Positions 38,408 through 51,497 of a stretch of 64,000 nucleotides of DNA are shown here, piece by piece. Made by a program: the position numbers and the translations under genes. The notes below the pieces were generated by a model. That model was not told where the DNA came from and did no database searches. It saw only the letters and a list, made by a program, of their open reading frames with translations. The stretch's first letter is position 1. Each line of letters starts with the position of its first letter. The stretch covers positions 1 to 64,000 of the forward strand of contig CAZNCQ010000011.1 of assembly GCA_964571275.1 (NCBI GenBank). The letters are read 5' to 3'. The DNA is from an uncultured Myxococcales bacterium (GTDB lineage: Bacteria; Myxococcota_A; Polyangia; Fen-1088).

Positions 38408-39856
38408 TTGAAGGCCACCGCCGAAAGGCCTACGCTGCGCGCCATGCCACGCCGTTTGCCTGACGGCCGCGCGCCGACGTCTGCGAGCGCGCATGCGTTC
38501 GCCTCGTTGGTCGCGGTGGTTTTGTCGTCGTCTCTTCTGGGCTGTGGAGCCAGCCGCGGCGGCGACAACCCCGGCACCGGCGGCGATGGTCGCGGCGCGG
38601 GTGGCAGCAGCGTCACCGGCGGCGGCGGCGCCGCAACAGGCGGCAGCGGCGGCGCGACCGGCCCGGGCGGTGCCACCGGAACCGGCGCCGGCGGCAGCTC
38701 CACCGATGGCGGCGCACCGGGAACCGGCCTGCTCAAGAACGGAATGTGCTACCCGGTCTGCGCCTTCCCGGCGATCACCAACCCCACGGGCGATGGCTAC
38801 GGCTGGGAACAGCAGCGCACCTGCTTGGTCGCGACGTCGGCCGCAGCGGCGAACACGGTACCCTGTAACCCGACGCCGCTTCCCAACTTGCCGGCGCCCG
38901 GCAGCGGTGTCTTCGATGGGACGAACTGTCTCGCCTATTGCTCGAGCGCGCTCACCGACCCCCATCACACCGGCTACGGATTCGAGCACGGGCTCAACTG
39001 CGTCGTCACCGGGACCGCGGCGGCCTACGGCGGAGTCTCCTGCGCACCGGTGGCGCTGCCGGCCGGCAACGGCGTGATCATCACGGCTACGGGCGGCACG
39101 ATGATGTGCGCGCCGATCTGCATGAACCCCGCCGTATCGGATCCCGACGGCGACGGCTTCGGCTTCGAGAGCAACCAGACGTGCGTGGTCTCGACGTCGC
39201 TCACCGCGCTGCAGGGCACGCCGTGCAACGCGCCCAATCCACCACCGCCGCCCCCGCCGCCGCCCCCGCCACCTGGCACGGGCTGGAACGCGATGTACAC
39301 GGCGACGATGTTCGGCCAGCTCGACTGCGCGCCCCTCGGCGTCAGCGACACGACCAACCTGAACGGCAGCACCTGCGTCGCACGGGGCGCCGTGCGTCTC
39401 GCCGGCGCGAACACCACGTACTACGGCGCGGCCGGCGACCTGAGCACGCTGTGGAACGGCGCGCCCACGTGTACCTGCAACGGCGCGCAGAGCGCGCCCG
39501 ACCGTTGCGCGAGCCCGCCCGCTTGCTCCGGGCAGACAGACTGCGGTCTGTGCGCCGAGGTGGCGTGCAACGGGACCGGCACGTTTTCATTCAACGGCGA
39601 CGGCTTCACGCACGACGAGTTCTGCAAAGCCGGCCAGTCGGTCGTCGTGCAGCTGATTGACGCCTGCCCGCACAACCACCCGAACAACACCTACTGGTGC
39701 ACCGCCGCGCGCCCGCAGCACATCGATCTCAGCTGCACGGCGTTCAACGATCTGGTGAACGCCACCACCGCGCGCCCGCTGTCGTCGATCGGCAGCATCA
39801 ACGTCTACGCCCGCCAGGTCGACTGCAGCGTGGGACTCGGCGCGCACACGTTCTGA
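38408..39856 (+). CDS. secreted lipoprotein: three CBM10-like modules + poly-Pro linker + expansin/EG45-like (DPBB) domain
   Basis: Lipobox (LLGC; alternative start 38444); 3 repeats of C..C......GDGYGWE/GYGFE/GFGFE..(T/N)C(L/V)V (CBM10 cellulose-binding pattern); PPPPPPPPPPPPP linker; C-terminal CGLCAEVACNG...SVVVQLIDACP...HIDLSCTAFNDL resembling expansin/GH45 double-psi beta-barrel. Confidence 0.65.
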   Translation: MKATAERPTLRAMPRRLPDGRAPTSASAHAFASLVAVVLSSSLLGCGASRGGDNPGTGGDGRGAGGSSVTGGGGAATGGSGGATGPGGATGTGAGGSSTDGGAPGTGLLKNGMCYPVCAFPAITNPTGDGYGWEQQRTCLVATSAAAANTVPCNPTPLPNLPAPGSGVFDGTNCLAYCSSALTDPHHTGYGFEHGLNCVVTGTAAAYGGVSCAPVALPAGNGVIITATGGTMMCAPICMNPAVSDPDGDGFGFESNQTCVVSTSLTALQGTPCNAPNPPPPPPPPPPPPGTGWNAMYTATMFGQLDCAPLGVSDTTNLNGSTCVARGAVRLAGANTTYYGAAGDLSTLWNGAPTCTCNGAQSAPDRCASPPACSGQTDCGLCAEVACNGTGTFSFNGDGFTHDEFCKAGQSVVVQLIDACPHNHPNNTYWCTAARPQHIDLSCTAFNDLVNATTARPLSSIGSINVYARQVDCSVGLGAHTF

Positions 39857-39859
39857 GCG

Positions 39860-41632
39860 CTATTCCGTGTAGATCGTCGCCTTGGTCGTGCTGGTCATGA
39901 GTCCGTTCGTGCCCTTGATCAGCGTGTTCCCCCAGCTCGAGAGCTGCGTCCCCTCCCAGTCGACCGCCAGATCGAGATACGCCTGCGCCGTGCTGTTGCC
40001 TTTCCACGACCAGCCGAGGTAGCCGAGCTTCAGGCGCACACACTCGGACATGATGAACGCGGCGTCGATCGGCATCACCGGACTGCCGGCTTGCCAGCCG
40101 AACTCGCCGACGACCAGCGGCAGCTGCGCGGTCACCGCCGACTGCAACGTCGACGTGATCTTCGTGTGCCCGCCGGCGTTGGTCGCGTACTGCTCGTACA
40201 TGTGCACGCTGAACATCAGATTGTGCTGCGGATCGGCCGCCAGCAGCGCCGAGCCGTCGGTCATGATCGACGCTGCGTTCTGGCCGAAGCCGTTGGCGTC
40301 GATGATCAACGTGTGGTTGATCCCGCCGGAGCGCATGGCCGCAACCGCGGCCGTGTAGCCGCCGCGGAAATCGGTGCCGCTCCATTCGTTGGCGATGTTG
40401 ATCAGCAGGAACGCCTCGAAATCGAGCAGGATCTGTTTGATCGGCGCGCTGGTGTAGTAAGCGGCCATGTTCAGCAGGTCTTGATCGCTCGTACCGCCGG
40501 TGACGTCGTGCAATTCGACCAGCGGCACCATGCGCAGCTCCACGACGTGACGGATGATCCGGCGCAGCAACGCCGGCGTGCCCGGCGCGGCGGTGTCCCA
40601 GACGATGCGCACGACGTTCGCGCCGTCGGCCGCGATGTTGTCGAGCGCGTTGTACGCCAGGTACTGGTCGCCGACATCGAACCAAAAATCCGGGTTGTTG
40701 ATGCCGCGGGGAACGAAGTCGTTGCCGAACTTGTCGTAGAGCCGCCCGCCGGTGACGAAGAAACCGTTGCTCAGCATGCCGGCGGGCTTTTTCACCTGGC
40801 CCGGCGGCGGATTCGGGTTCAGCGTGATGGGCGGGCCAGTCGGCTCGGGCACGCCCACCTGGCAGGCGAGCCCTTTCATCGCCTCCGCCGTGCCGGCGAT
40901 GACGCACGAGGCGCCGAACTCGAAGCCAAAGCCGGTGCCGTTGGTATCGGTGGTCGTCACCGTGCAGATGCGCGTGCAGCTGTCGCCGAGCAGCCGCCCC
41001 GGCCCACCGGCGGTCGAACCACCGTCGGTGAGGGGCGCGCCCGTCGTACACGGCAGCGACGTCATCGCCACCGTCCCGCCCGGAATGATGCAGCTCGATT
41101 CGAACTCGTACCCGTAGCCGTCGCCCGGATTGGCGTCGAGGTCATCCTGAACCTCGGGCCCGCAGAGCGCCACGCACTGGTTGCTGACGATGACACCCGG
41201 CGATCCAGCGGGATGTCCGGCCGGCGGCAGCGCCATGCCGACGATGCAAGGGAGGTTGGTCGACGCCGTATAGGTGCCTTTGACCACGCACGACATGGCG
41301 TTCTCGTAGCCGTAGTCGCCGGAGGTCGCGCCGCTGGTCACGCACAGCGGGAAGCATTTGCCGCCGAGCGAGACGCCGGCAATCGAGGTCACCGGCGGCA
41401 TATTGGGGTTGCCGGCGTCGCCGCTCATGCCGGCCGCGCCGCCGTCGGGGAACGTCCCCGCACCGCCGCCGCCGTTGTTGCCGCCGGTGCCCGCCTGCGC
41501 GCCGCCGTCGCCACCGACGGTCGAGCCGCCGCCGACGCCGTCACTCGCGCCCATGACGCCGCCGCCGCAACCCGCGGCCGCGAGCACCACCGCCGCGACG
41601 AGAAATGAGGGGAATGGCTGTCCGGTCTTCAC
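39860..41632 (-). CDS. GH5-family endo-beta-1,4-mannanase-like glycoside hydrolase with three N-terminal CBM10-like modules
   Basis: GTG start 9 nt after GGAGG; lipobox (LAAAGCGG); Gly-rich linker; three CBM10-like units (GDYGYEN, GDGYGYEFESSC, GTGFGFEFGASC); catalytic domain with acid/base NEW (IANEWSG), nucleophile GEFG (LVVGEFGW) and LGWSWKGN. Confidence 0.7.
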   Translation of the reverse strand: MKTGQPFPSFLVAAVVLAAAGCGGGVMGASDGVGGGSTVGGDGGAQAGTGGNNGGGGAGTFPDGGAAGMSGDAGNPNMPPVTSIAGVSLGGKCFPLCVTSGATSGDYGYENAMSCVVKGTYTASTNLPCIVGMALPPAGHPAGSPGVIVSNQCVALCGPEVQDDLDANPGDGYGYEFESSCIIPGGTVAMTSLPCTTGAPLTDGGSTAGGPGRLLGDSCTRICTVTTTDTNGTGFGFEFGASCVIAGTAEAMKGLACQVGVPEPTGPPITLNPNPPPGQVKKPAGMLSNGFFVTGGRLYDKFGNDFVPRGINNPDFWFDVGDQYLAYNALDNIAADGANVVRIVWDTAAPGTPALLRRIIRHVVELRMVPLVELHDVTGGTSDQDLLNMAAYYTSAPIKQILLDFEAFLLINIANEWSGTDFRGGYTAAVAAMRSGGINHTLIIDANGFGQNAASIMTDGSALLAADPQHNLMFSVHMYEQYATNAGGHTKITSTLQSAVTAQLPLVVGEFGWQAGSPVMPIDAAFIMSECVRLKLGYLGWSWKGNSTAQAYLDLAVDWEGTQLSSWGNTLIKGTNGLMTSTTKATIYTE

Positions 41633-41900
41633 GGCAAAATACCTCCGAGCGACGATTCTCGGACCGAGCGCACACCGACGAAGCACCCGCCGAACGACGG
41701 CTCCCCGCTGACCGCAACGACGCGCCAACCTATCACGCGTCGCGCAGACCTGGCGAGTCGAGAACGGCTCGAAAATCGTGCGTGAACCAAACCGGGCACT
41801 TCGTGGCTCGGGGTCATTCCTGACTCGCCTGGCCGACTGGGAGCGCAGGCGCAACGATGATGTGGGCCTTGATGGGGGCGCTTTCTGGCATGATGCGCAC

Positions 41901-42605
41901 ATGGTCGCTTGGGGCGATGACGGCTCCGGAAAAGAGCCGACCAAGGGGACCGATCCGGTCGCCGAGCCGGGCGAGGGACAACCGCCAGCCCGCACGACAC
42001 GCGACTATGCCGTGCAACTCTTGCGGCGCTACGGCAACGGCCCCACGATTCGCCGCGTCTTCCTCGCCGGCGGCGTCGTCGGCGTTTCGCTGGTGATCGC
42101 GCTGGTGCTCGCGGGCGGGATGACCTTCAAGCGCGCGATCGACTACGTCGAATGCGAGCGCTTCGCGGTCCCGTCCGCGACCGTGCGCATCCAGAGCTCG
42201 CCCAACGGGCACGGCTGGGGGAACCCGGCGTTCCTCGGGTTCGCCAGCTTCGGCCCGCCCTATGACCTGCTGGTGATTGGAACGCTGCCCGACGGCGACG
42301 CCGCACAGGCGTTCGAGCTGCGTGACCTGGTCGTCGAGGCCGACGGCGCGGTCGACCTGACCGTGCCGCGGGTCGAGGCCCACGTCGAAGATCTGGTCGT
42401 GAACCAGGCGGGCATGAAGCGGCCCGCGCGCGGCTTTCTCTACCGGCAACGCGCGGTGACCGCTGCGACGCCGAACCGCCTGCGCGTCACCGGCACCGTG
42501 ACCGAGACCGCGCCGGTGGCGGGAAAGCCGCAGCACTTCACGCACGTCTTCGAGGCGCGCCGTACGAACCGCATCTCGCTCGGCCGCTGGTCGTGGGCGT
42601 TTTAG
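41901..42605 (+). CDS. hypothetical single-pass membrane protein
   Basis: ORF 41778..42605 with first plausible start at MVAWGDD (41901); one TM helix (VFLAGGVVGVSLVIALVLAGG); start uncertain. Confidence 0.3.
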   Translation: MVAWGDDGSGKEPTKGTDPVAEPGEGQPPARTTRDYAVQLLRRYGNGPTIRRVFLAGGVVGVSLVIALVLAGGMTFKRAIDYVECERFAVPSATVRIQSSPNGHGWGNPAFLGFASFGPPYDLLVIGTLPDGDAAQAFELRDLVVEADGAVDLTVPRVEAHVEDLVVNQAGMKRPARGFLYRQRAVTAATPNRLRVTGTVTETAPVAGKPQHFTHVFEARRTNRISLGRWSWAF

Positions 42606-42642
42606 ACGCCACGCCGCGGCGGTTCCTCGACCGGCATCGATT

Positions 42643-43032
42643 CTAGACGTCGCGCTTGAAGCCGGGCTTCACGTCGAACGACGACACGCCGTTGCGCGGG
42701 CTCCAGTTCTCGAGCGGCGGCTCGCTGAGGACGACGAAGAGGTCGCTCGGGTTGACGCCCGCGGCTTCGAACCGGCGCGCCATCGATTGAAACAGCGTCC
42801 GCTTCGCGCCGACCGAGCGTCCCGGAAACGCCGTGATCTCGACCAGCGTGAACGCCGGCGTGCGATCAGCGGTGATCTCGAACGACGCCGCGTCGAGCTC
42901 GACCAGCGCCTGATGGCGATCGACCTCGGGGATCTTGAACGCCTCGACGAGCGCAGCGTGAACGGCGTCGAGCAGGCGGCGGTTCTCGTCGGCGGGGCGG
43001 CCTTGCCGGCGCGTGATGCGAACCAGTGGCAT
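42643..43032 (-). CDS. tautomerase-family protein (129 aa, catalytic Pro1)
   Basis: Begins MPLVRITRRQG (Met-Pro N-terminus characteristic of the 4-OT/tautomerase superfamily); extracted from a longer spurious ORF. Confidence 0.55.
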   Translation of the reverse strand: MPLVRITRRQGRPADENRRLLDAVHAALVEAFKIPEVDRHQALVELDAASFEITADRTPAFTLVEITAFPGRSVGAKRTLFQSMARRFEAAGVNPSDLFVVLSEPPLENWSPRNGVSSFDVKPGFKRDV

Positions 43033-43058
43033 GGGTCCTCTCTTCCTCTTCCGGCTCG

Positions 43059-44072
<1,014 letters not shown>

Positions 44073-44204
44073 GGCAAGCCTCCTCGAAGTGACGGCCCAT
44101 TACTTAGGACGCCAGCGACGTCCGCGCAAGGCGGCGACGAAACGGTGGCGGCCCGGTTGGCGCCACCGGCAAATTGTCGGCACAATCGGCGCGGTGAGAC
44201 GCAA

Positions 44205-44840
44205 ATGACCGAAGGAACGAACCCGCCGGGGCGGCAATTTGTGCTTGGCGTCGATCTCGATGGTGTGGTCGCCGACTTTTACGCGGGCTTGCGGCCGATC
44301 GCCGCCGAGTGGCGCGGCGTGGCCGTCGAGGCGCTGCCGCTCGAGGTCTCGTACGGCCTGTCGGAGTGGGGGCTGGACGCGGTCGGCGGCTACGAGGATC
44401 TGCACCGGTTCGCGGTCACCCAGCGCGAGCTCTTCCGCAAGCTGACGCCGATGCCGGGCGCGCCGGCGGCGTTGCGGCGGATCTCGCAGAACGATGTACG
44501 CATCCGCATCATCACCCACCGCCTGTACGTGAAGTACTTTCACGAAGAGGCGGTGACCCAGACCACCGCGTGGCTCGAGCACCACGGCATCCCGTACTGG
44601 GACCTCTGCTTCATGAAGGACAAGGCCGCCGTCGGCGCCGATCTTTACGTGGAGGACTCGCCGGAGAACGTCGAGGCGCTGCGCGCCGACGGGCATGAGA
44701 CGATCGTCTTCCGCAATTCGACCAACCGGCACGTCGCCGCGCCGGCCGCGTCGACCTGGATCGAAGTCGAGGAGCTGGTCGCGGATCGCCAGCGCCGCTG
44801 GCGCGAGGCGCGCGCCGGCCGCAGCGTCGCGGGGCGCTGA
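44205..44840 (+). CDS. HAD-superfamily 5'(3')-deoxyribonucleotidase-like protein
   Basis: HAD motif I VDLDGVVADF near the N-terminus; size and pattern like NT5C/YorS-type nucleotidases. Confidence 0.55.
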   Translation: MTEGTNPPGRQFVLGVDLDGVVADFYAGLRPIAAEWRGVAVEALPLEVSYGLSEWGLDAVGGYEDLHRFAVTQRELFRKLTPMPGAPAALRRISQNDVRIRIITHRLYVKYFHEEAVTQTTAWLEHHGIPYWDLCFMKDKAAVGADLYVEDSPENVEALRADGHETIVFRNSTNRHVAAPAASTWIEVEELVADRQRRWREARAGRSVAGR

Positions 44841-44860
44841 CCGCTCACGGGCGCTCGCGG

Positions 44861-46227
44861 TCAGCTCACGACGGGCGACGGCGGCGGCGCCGGGGGCAGC
44901 CAGCAGCGCACCACCAGGCCCCCGCCGTCGCGCGGGTGCAACGACAGGCGGCCGCCGTGAGCCTCGATGATCTCGCGGCAGATCGCGAGCCCGAGGCCGC
45001 TGCCCGCCTTCTTCGTGGAATAGAACGGCAAGAGAGCGTTGCGCAGCACCTCGGGCGACATCCCCTTGCCACGATCGCGCACGCTCACGCCGACGCCGCC
45101 GCGCTCCTCGGCGTCGAACGCGACGGTGATCTCCGCGGGCGCGCTGCCCGATTCGGACGCGTTCTTGAGCAGGTTGATCAACACCTGCTGCAGCTGGGCG
45201 GCGTCGGCGAACGCCGGCGCCTCGGGCAGCGCGCCCTCGAGCGTGTACGGGTAGAGCCCGGCGACGCCCGCGAGCAGGGCCGTCCACGATACCGATCGCT
45301 TCGTCGGCAGCGGCAGCCGCGCGAAGCTGGCGTAGCCGTCGAGGAAGGTCTTGAGGTGCGTCGCGCGCTCCTCGATGGTGTCGAACGCCGCCGCGAGGCG
45401 CCGCTCGTGTCCCGCGGGGTTGGCGAGCATCAGGCGCGACGAGTGCAGCAGCGACGTGATGGGCGCGAGCGAGTTGTTGACCTCGTGGCTGAGCACGCGG
45501 ATCGCCTTCTTCCAGGTCTCGACCTCCTTGCGCGCCAGCTCCTTCGTGAGCGGTTTGAGCATGAACAGCGTGTGCGGTTGCGTCGAGATCTCGAAGTGGT
45601 GCCTCGACAGCTGGAACGTCTCCGGCTCGTCGGAGCCCGGCCGCTCACAGGTGAACAGGACGTCGGTCACCGCACGCGCCGCTTCCTGCAGCTTGTCGGG
45701 CGCGAGCGCGATCAGATCGGGCAGCAGCCGCCCTTCGATCTTATGCCCGCCCGCGAGGAACTGCTCGGCCGACGTGTTGGCGTAGATGATCCGCCCCGCC
45801 TCGTTGACGATGACCGCGATCGTCGTGCTGGCCGCCAGCACGGTCTCGAGCAGCATCTCGCGCTGGTAGATGCCGCTGCGGTCGCGCCGCAACGTCTCGG
45901 CGAGCGTGTTGAACCGGCCGATGAGCCGGCCCACTTGATCGTTGCGGACGACCGCCAGCCGCATGCCGTAGTCGCCTTCGCTCAAGCTCAGCAGACCGTC
46001 GCTGACCGCGAAGACGCCGTCCCAGACGAAGCGCGCCGCCGCCGTACGGTTGACCGCGAAGACCAGCATCGTCGAGACGATCGCGCCCGCGCTCCAGACG
46101 GTGAGGCCAGACGCCGCCGGGCCGAGCAGGCGGCGGCACCCCTCGCCCGCCGCCAGCGTCACGAGCACGACGACCAGCGACACCCCCAGCGTCGTCAAGA
46201 GGCCCGACGCAGGGCGCGACGGCCGGC

Positions 46228-46231
<4 letters not shown>
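44861..46231 (-). CDS. sensor histidine kinase (2 TM, PAS-like, HisKA, HATPase_c; NtrB/AtoS-like)
   Basis: ATGA overlap with the upstream regulator stop; H-box (AIRVLSHEVNNSLAPI), N/G boxes (VLINLLKNASESG; RDRGKGMSPE; STKKAGSGLGLAICREI). Confidence 0.8.
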
Positions 46232-47727
<1,496 letters not shown>

Positions 47728-47773
47728 GGGGCCTCCAGGCTTCGAAGCACGCGCACTCCGGGAGAGAAAGGCC

Positions 47774-49054
47774 TCACAGGCTGCGCCCTGCGACGCTGGG
47801 TGAGACGCGCGCGGCGCGCAGCGCCGGGATCAACGTCGCGACGATGGTGCCGACCCACAGCGTCGCCAGCGCCAGCAGCATCAGGGCGAAGTTGAAACGG
47901 ATCGCATGAAACACCGTTCGCATGACCGCGAACAGCGCGACCGTTGCGACGACGCCGATGATCGAGCCCATGACGGCGGCGATCGCGCTCTCGAGCAGGA
48001 AGTAGGTCACGATGTCGCCGCGTGTGGCGCCCAGCGCGCGCCGGATGCCGATCTGGCGCGTGCGTTGAGCCACCAGGAACGACGTGGCCGCGAGCGCGCC
48101 CAGAAGCGCGATCAGCGCCACCATGACCCCGAAGAAGCCCAGGAGGCGCAGCAACCCGAAGCCGATGCGGTGATGCGCGCCGGTCGTCGAGTCGAAGGCG
48201 CGCACGTCGGCGCGGCGTTGCGCGGACGCGCGCGCCAGCGCTTCGGCCGCGGCGGCGACGGCCGCATCACGTCGCCCCGGGCGGGCGCGCACGATCATGC
48301 GTGCCTCGTGATCGACGGGCGCGCCACCGATCAGGAACGCCGTGCAGCGCGGGTACGGCATCAGCGCCATGCGCATGGTGACGTCCTCGACCACGGCGCG
48401 CACGGGCACGTCGGCGATGCGGCTCGACGTCAGGTGCGCGCCCACCGCCGCGCGCGGGTCGCCGAATAGGCGCGCGGCCAGGCAGCGCGTGAGCACGGCC
48501 GCCGCCGGTCGCTCGCCGAGCGCGGGATCTCCGTCGGCATCGGCAATGACTGCACGCGCCGGCATCTCGCCCGCGAGAAACCGCAAACCGAGAGCACGCG
48601 CGACCTCACCGTCCGTGTAGGTCAGCCACGCGACCGCCTCCGGCGCGGCGGCGGACGAGCTTCTCGCCGCGGCCGGCGCAGCCCCGACCACCGAGAGCAA
48701 CGTCGGGTAGGTCCAGTGGTCCTCGAGGATGGTGCTGGTCACCCAGGCCGCGGCCTCGACGTCGGGCAGCGCGCGCACGATCCGCCGGTCGGCGCGCTCT
48801 CGCGCGCGCACCGCGCGTTCGGCGGCGGTCGGATCGAGCCCCGCCGGGCTCGGCGTGTACGTCGAGATCAGAACCAGGTTCGGCTCGTCGAGGCCACTCG
48901 GCTGCTGGCCCCCCTCGCCGTACCACGCGCCGGAGATCAGCAGCGATCCGATGGTCGTGACGCCGACCGCGACCTCGAGCACCATGAGCGCCCAGATGCC
49001 GGGACGGCGGCGAATCGTGCGGACCAGCGGTCCGACGTCGAGCGCCACTGTCAC
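47774..49054 (-). CDS. ABC transporter permease, MacB/FtsX-like (two-permease system, subunit 2)
   Basis: GTG start 6 nt after GGAGGG; N-terminal TM (LMVLEVAVGVTTIGSLL), large periplasmic domain, C-terminal FtsX 3-TM bundle (FLVAQRTRQIGIRRALGATRGDIVTYFLLE...). Confidence 0.75.
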   Translation of the reverse strand: MTVALDVGPLVRTIRRRPGIWALMVLEVAVGVTTIGSLLISGAWYGEGGQQPSGLDEPNLVLISTYTPSPAGLDPTAAERAVRARERADRRIVRALPDVEAAAWVTSTILEDHWTYPTLLSVVGAAPAAARSSSAAAPEAVAWLTYTDGEVARALGLRFLAGEMPARAVIADADGDPALGERPAAAVLTRCLAARLFGDPRAAVGAHLTSSRIADVPVRAVVEDVTMRMALMPYPRCTAFLIGGAPVDHEARMIVRARPGRRDAAVAAAAEALARASAQRRADVRAFDSTTGAHHRIGFGLLRLLGFFGVMVALIALLGALAATSFLVAQRTRQIGIRRALGATRGDIVTYFLLESAIAAVMGSIIGVVATVALFAVMRTVFHAIRFNFALMLLALATLWVGTIVATLIPALRAARVSPSVAGRSL

Positions 49055-50382
49055 GCCCTCCCCAGCGTCATCGTCGGCCGGCGCCGCGACGCGATCCAGC
49101 TCGGGTACAGCGCCGAGCCGATGCCCACCGCCATCGTCGCCGCGAAGATCAGCGCCACCGCCAGCCACGACATGCGCAGCGGGATGTCGTTGTCGCGCAC
49201 GAAGCGGTTGTAGAACGCGGCCTGCGGAAACGCGAGCAGCGTCCCCAGCGCGGCGGCGATGGCCGACAAGAGCGTCGCCTCGATGATCTGACGCCAGAAG
49301 AGCGCGCCGCGCGGCGCCCCCAGCGCGCGAAACACGCCCAGCTCGTCGCCGCGGACCAGCCCCTTGGCCAGCAGCAGGCGCGCGACGATCAGCCCCGAGC
49401 CGGCGAAGATGATCAGCGTCAGCAGCGTGAAGAAGCTGATCACCGACGGCGGGATCTTCACCATCTCGCGCCAGTCCGCGAGGTCGCGCAGCCGGTAGCG
49501 CAGCCCGCGCCGGCCGAGCTCGGCGGCCAGGTAGCGCTGGTAGGCGGCGCGCTGCTCGGGAGTCACCAGATCGACCCAGAAGGTGACGAAGACCGCGTCG
49601 GACTTCAACAGCTCCTCGTGGTGCGGTCCGACCGGCGTCAGGTAGTACGGCGTCTCCGGCCAGGCCTGCAGGCGCTGCTGGTCGGCAAAAGGCAGGTAGA
49701 CCGCGTCCTGGCCACCGCCGGCGGCAGCCGGGTCCCACTCGGCGTTGACCGGAGCGTCGTCGGCGAGCACGCCGCTCACGACGTACGGCCGGCCGTCGAT
49801 GCGCACGGTCTGGCCCGTGCTGTCATCGCCGCTGAATAGATCCTCGTTCAGCCGCCGGCCCAGCACCACCCGCGGGCGGTCGGCGACCTCATCCTCGCGC
49901 GACCACGGAGATCCCCAGCGCAAGCGCTGGGAGAACATCGTGAAGAACGCGGCGTCGACGAAGCGCGCGTTGCGCGCGCAGGCGAGCTCGGACGACACGA
50001 TGCCGGTCGAGATGGCGGCGCCGCCGTCGGAGGCGACCCAGAGCCGCGAGCGGAACGTCGCCATCTGGCGCGCGGGAATTCCGCTGGCCGCCAGCACCTG
50101 ATAGTTGGAGAAGCTGACGCGCGTGTGCGGCGCCAGCCGGCTGGGCGCGGCGGTCGAGCCGACGAACGCCAGGCGCAAGGTGCGATCGTCGACGCCGATC
50201 TCGACCTGGTGCAGCCCGGGCGAGAGCTCCGGTCGCGGGCCGTAGAGCCGCAGGTAGTGGATCAGCGCCGTGCTGAAGATGCACGCCGCGACCGCGAGGA
50301 CGATCACGATGGTGGCCGACAGTCCGGGGTCGCGCCGCAGGCTCCGCCAGGCGAGCCGCGTGTGGTAAGGGATCAGCCGCAC
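49051..50382 (-). CDS. ABC transporter permease, MacB/FtsX-like (subunit 1)
   Basis: Same architecture (LAWRSLRRDPGLSATIVIVLAVA ... LLAKGLVRGDELGVFRALGAPRGALFWRQIIE); 4-nt overlap with the downstream permease. Confidence 0.7.
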   Translation of the reverse strand: MRLIPYHTRLAWRSLRRDPGLSATIVIVLAVAACIFSTALIHYLRLYGPRPELSPGLHQVEIGVDDRTLRLAFVGSTAAPSRLAPHTRVSFSNYQVLAASGIPARQMATFRSRLWVASDGGAAISTGIVSSELACARNARFVDAAFFTMFSQRLRWGSPWSREDEVADRPRVVLGRRLNEDLFSGDDSTGQTVRIDGRPYVVSGVLADDAPVNAEWDPAAAGGGQDAVYLPFADQQRLQAWPETPYYLTPVGPHHEELLKSDAVFVTFWVDLVTPEQRAAYQRYLAAELGRRGLRYRLRDLADWREMVKIPPSVISFFTLLTLIIFAGSGLIVARLLLAKGLVRGDELGVFRALGAPRGALFWRQIIEATLLSAIAAALGTLLAFPQAAFYNRFVRDNDIPLRMSWLAVALIFAATMAVGIGSALYPSWIASRRRPTMTLGRA

Positions 50383-50391
50383 GCCGCCACC

Positions 50392-51141
<750 letters not shown>

Positions 51142-51152
51142 CGCGAGCGAAT

Positions 51153-51317
51153 TTACGATGACTGGACCGTCAACCGGCACGCATAGTTCGTGTGGAAGAG
51201 GCCGATCGCCCGGCCGAGCGCCAGCGCGACCCCACCCGCCGACAGCCCCGCGAGGACCCACATGATGGCGAGCCCGCTCGTCATCGCGAAAGCGGTCAGT
51301 CTCTGCGGAAGGCTCAT
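51153..51317 (-). CDS. possible small hydrophobic membrane peptide (54 aa) leading the ABC operon
   Basis: Not in the ORF track (<60 aa): GGAGAA 5 nt before ATG; MSLPQRLTAFAMTSGLAIMWVLAGLSAGGVALALGRAIGLF...; sits between the sigma54-like promoter and the ATPase gene; speculative. Confidence 0.25.
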   Translation of the reverse strand: MSLPQRLTAFAMTSGLAIMWVLAGLSAGGVALALGRAIGLFHTNYACRLTVQSS

Positions 51318-51373
51318 GGCGGTTCTCCGGGGCGATGGGTGGCGTAGGCGAACGACTTACGCCCCGCCTTCAG

Positions 51374-51389
51374 AGCACCGCGCGTGCCA
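51374..51389 (-). promoter_or_regulatory. candidate sigma54 (-24/-12) promoter: TGGCACG-CGCG-GTGCT
   Basis: Minus strand reads TGGCAC G CGCG GTGCT (perfect -24 element, -12 with conserved GC), about 45 nt upstream of the small ORF/ABC operon; an NtrC-type activator is encoded in the same gene string. Confidence 0.45.
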
Positions 51390-51497
51390 AGGCCCAAACG
51401 CGCGCGCGGCGCGGACTTAGAGCGTCCGCGCCGCGCCATCAACCTCGGACGTTCCAGCTGTCCGCGGACAGGTGTCCGCGGCGCTGGCGTCCCTGGA

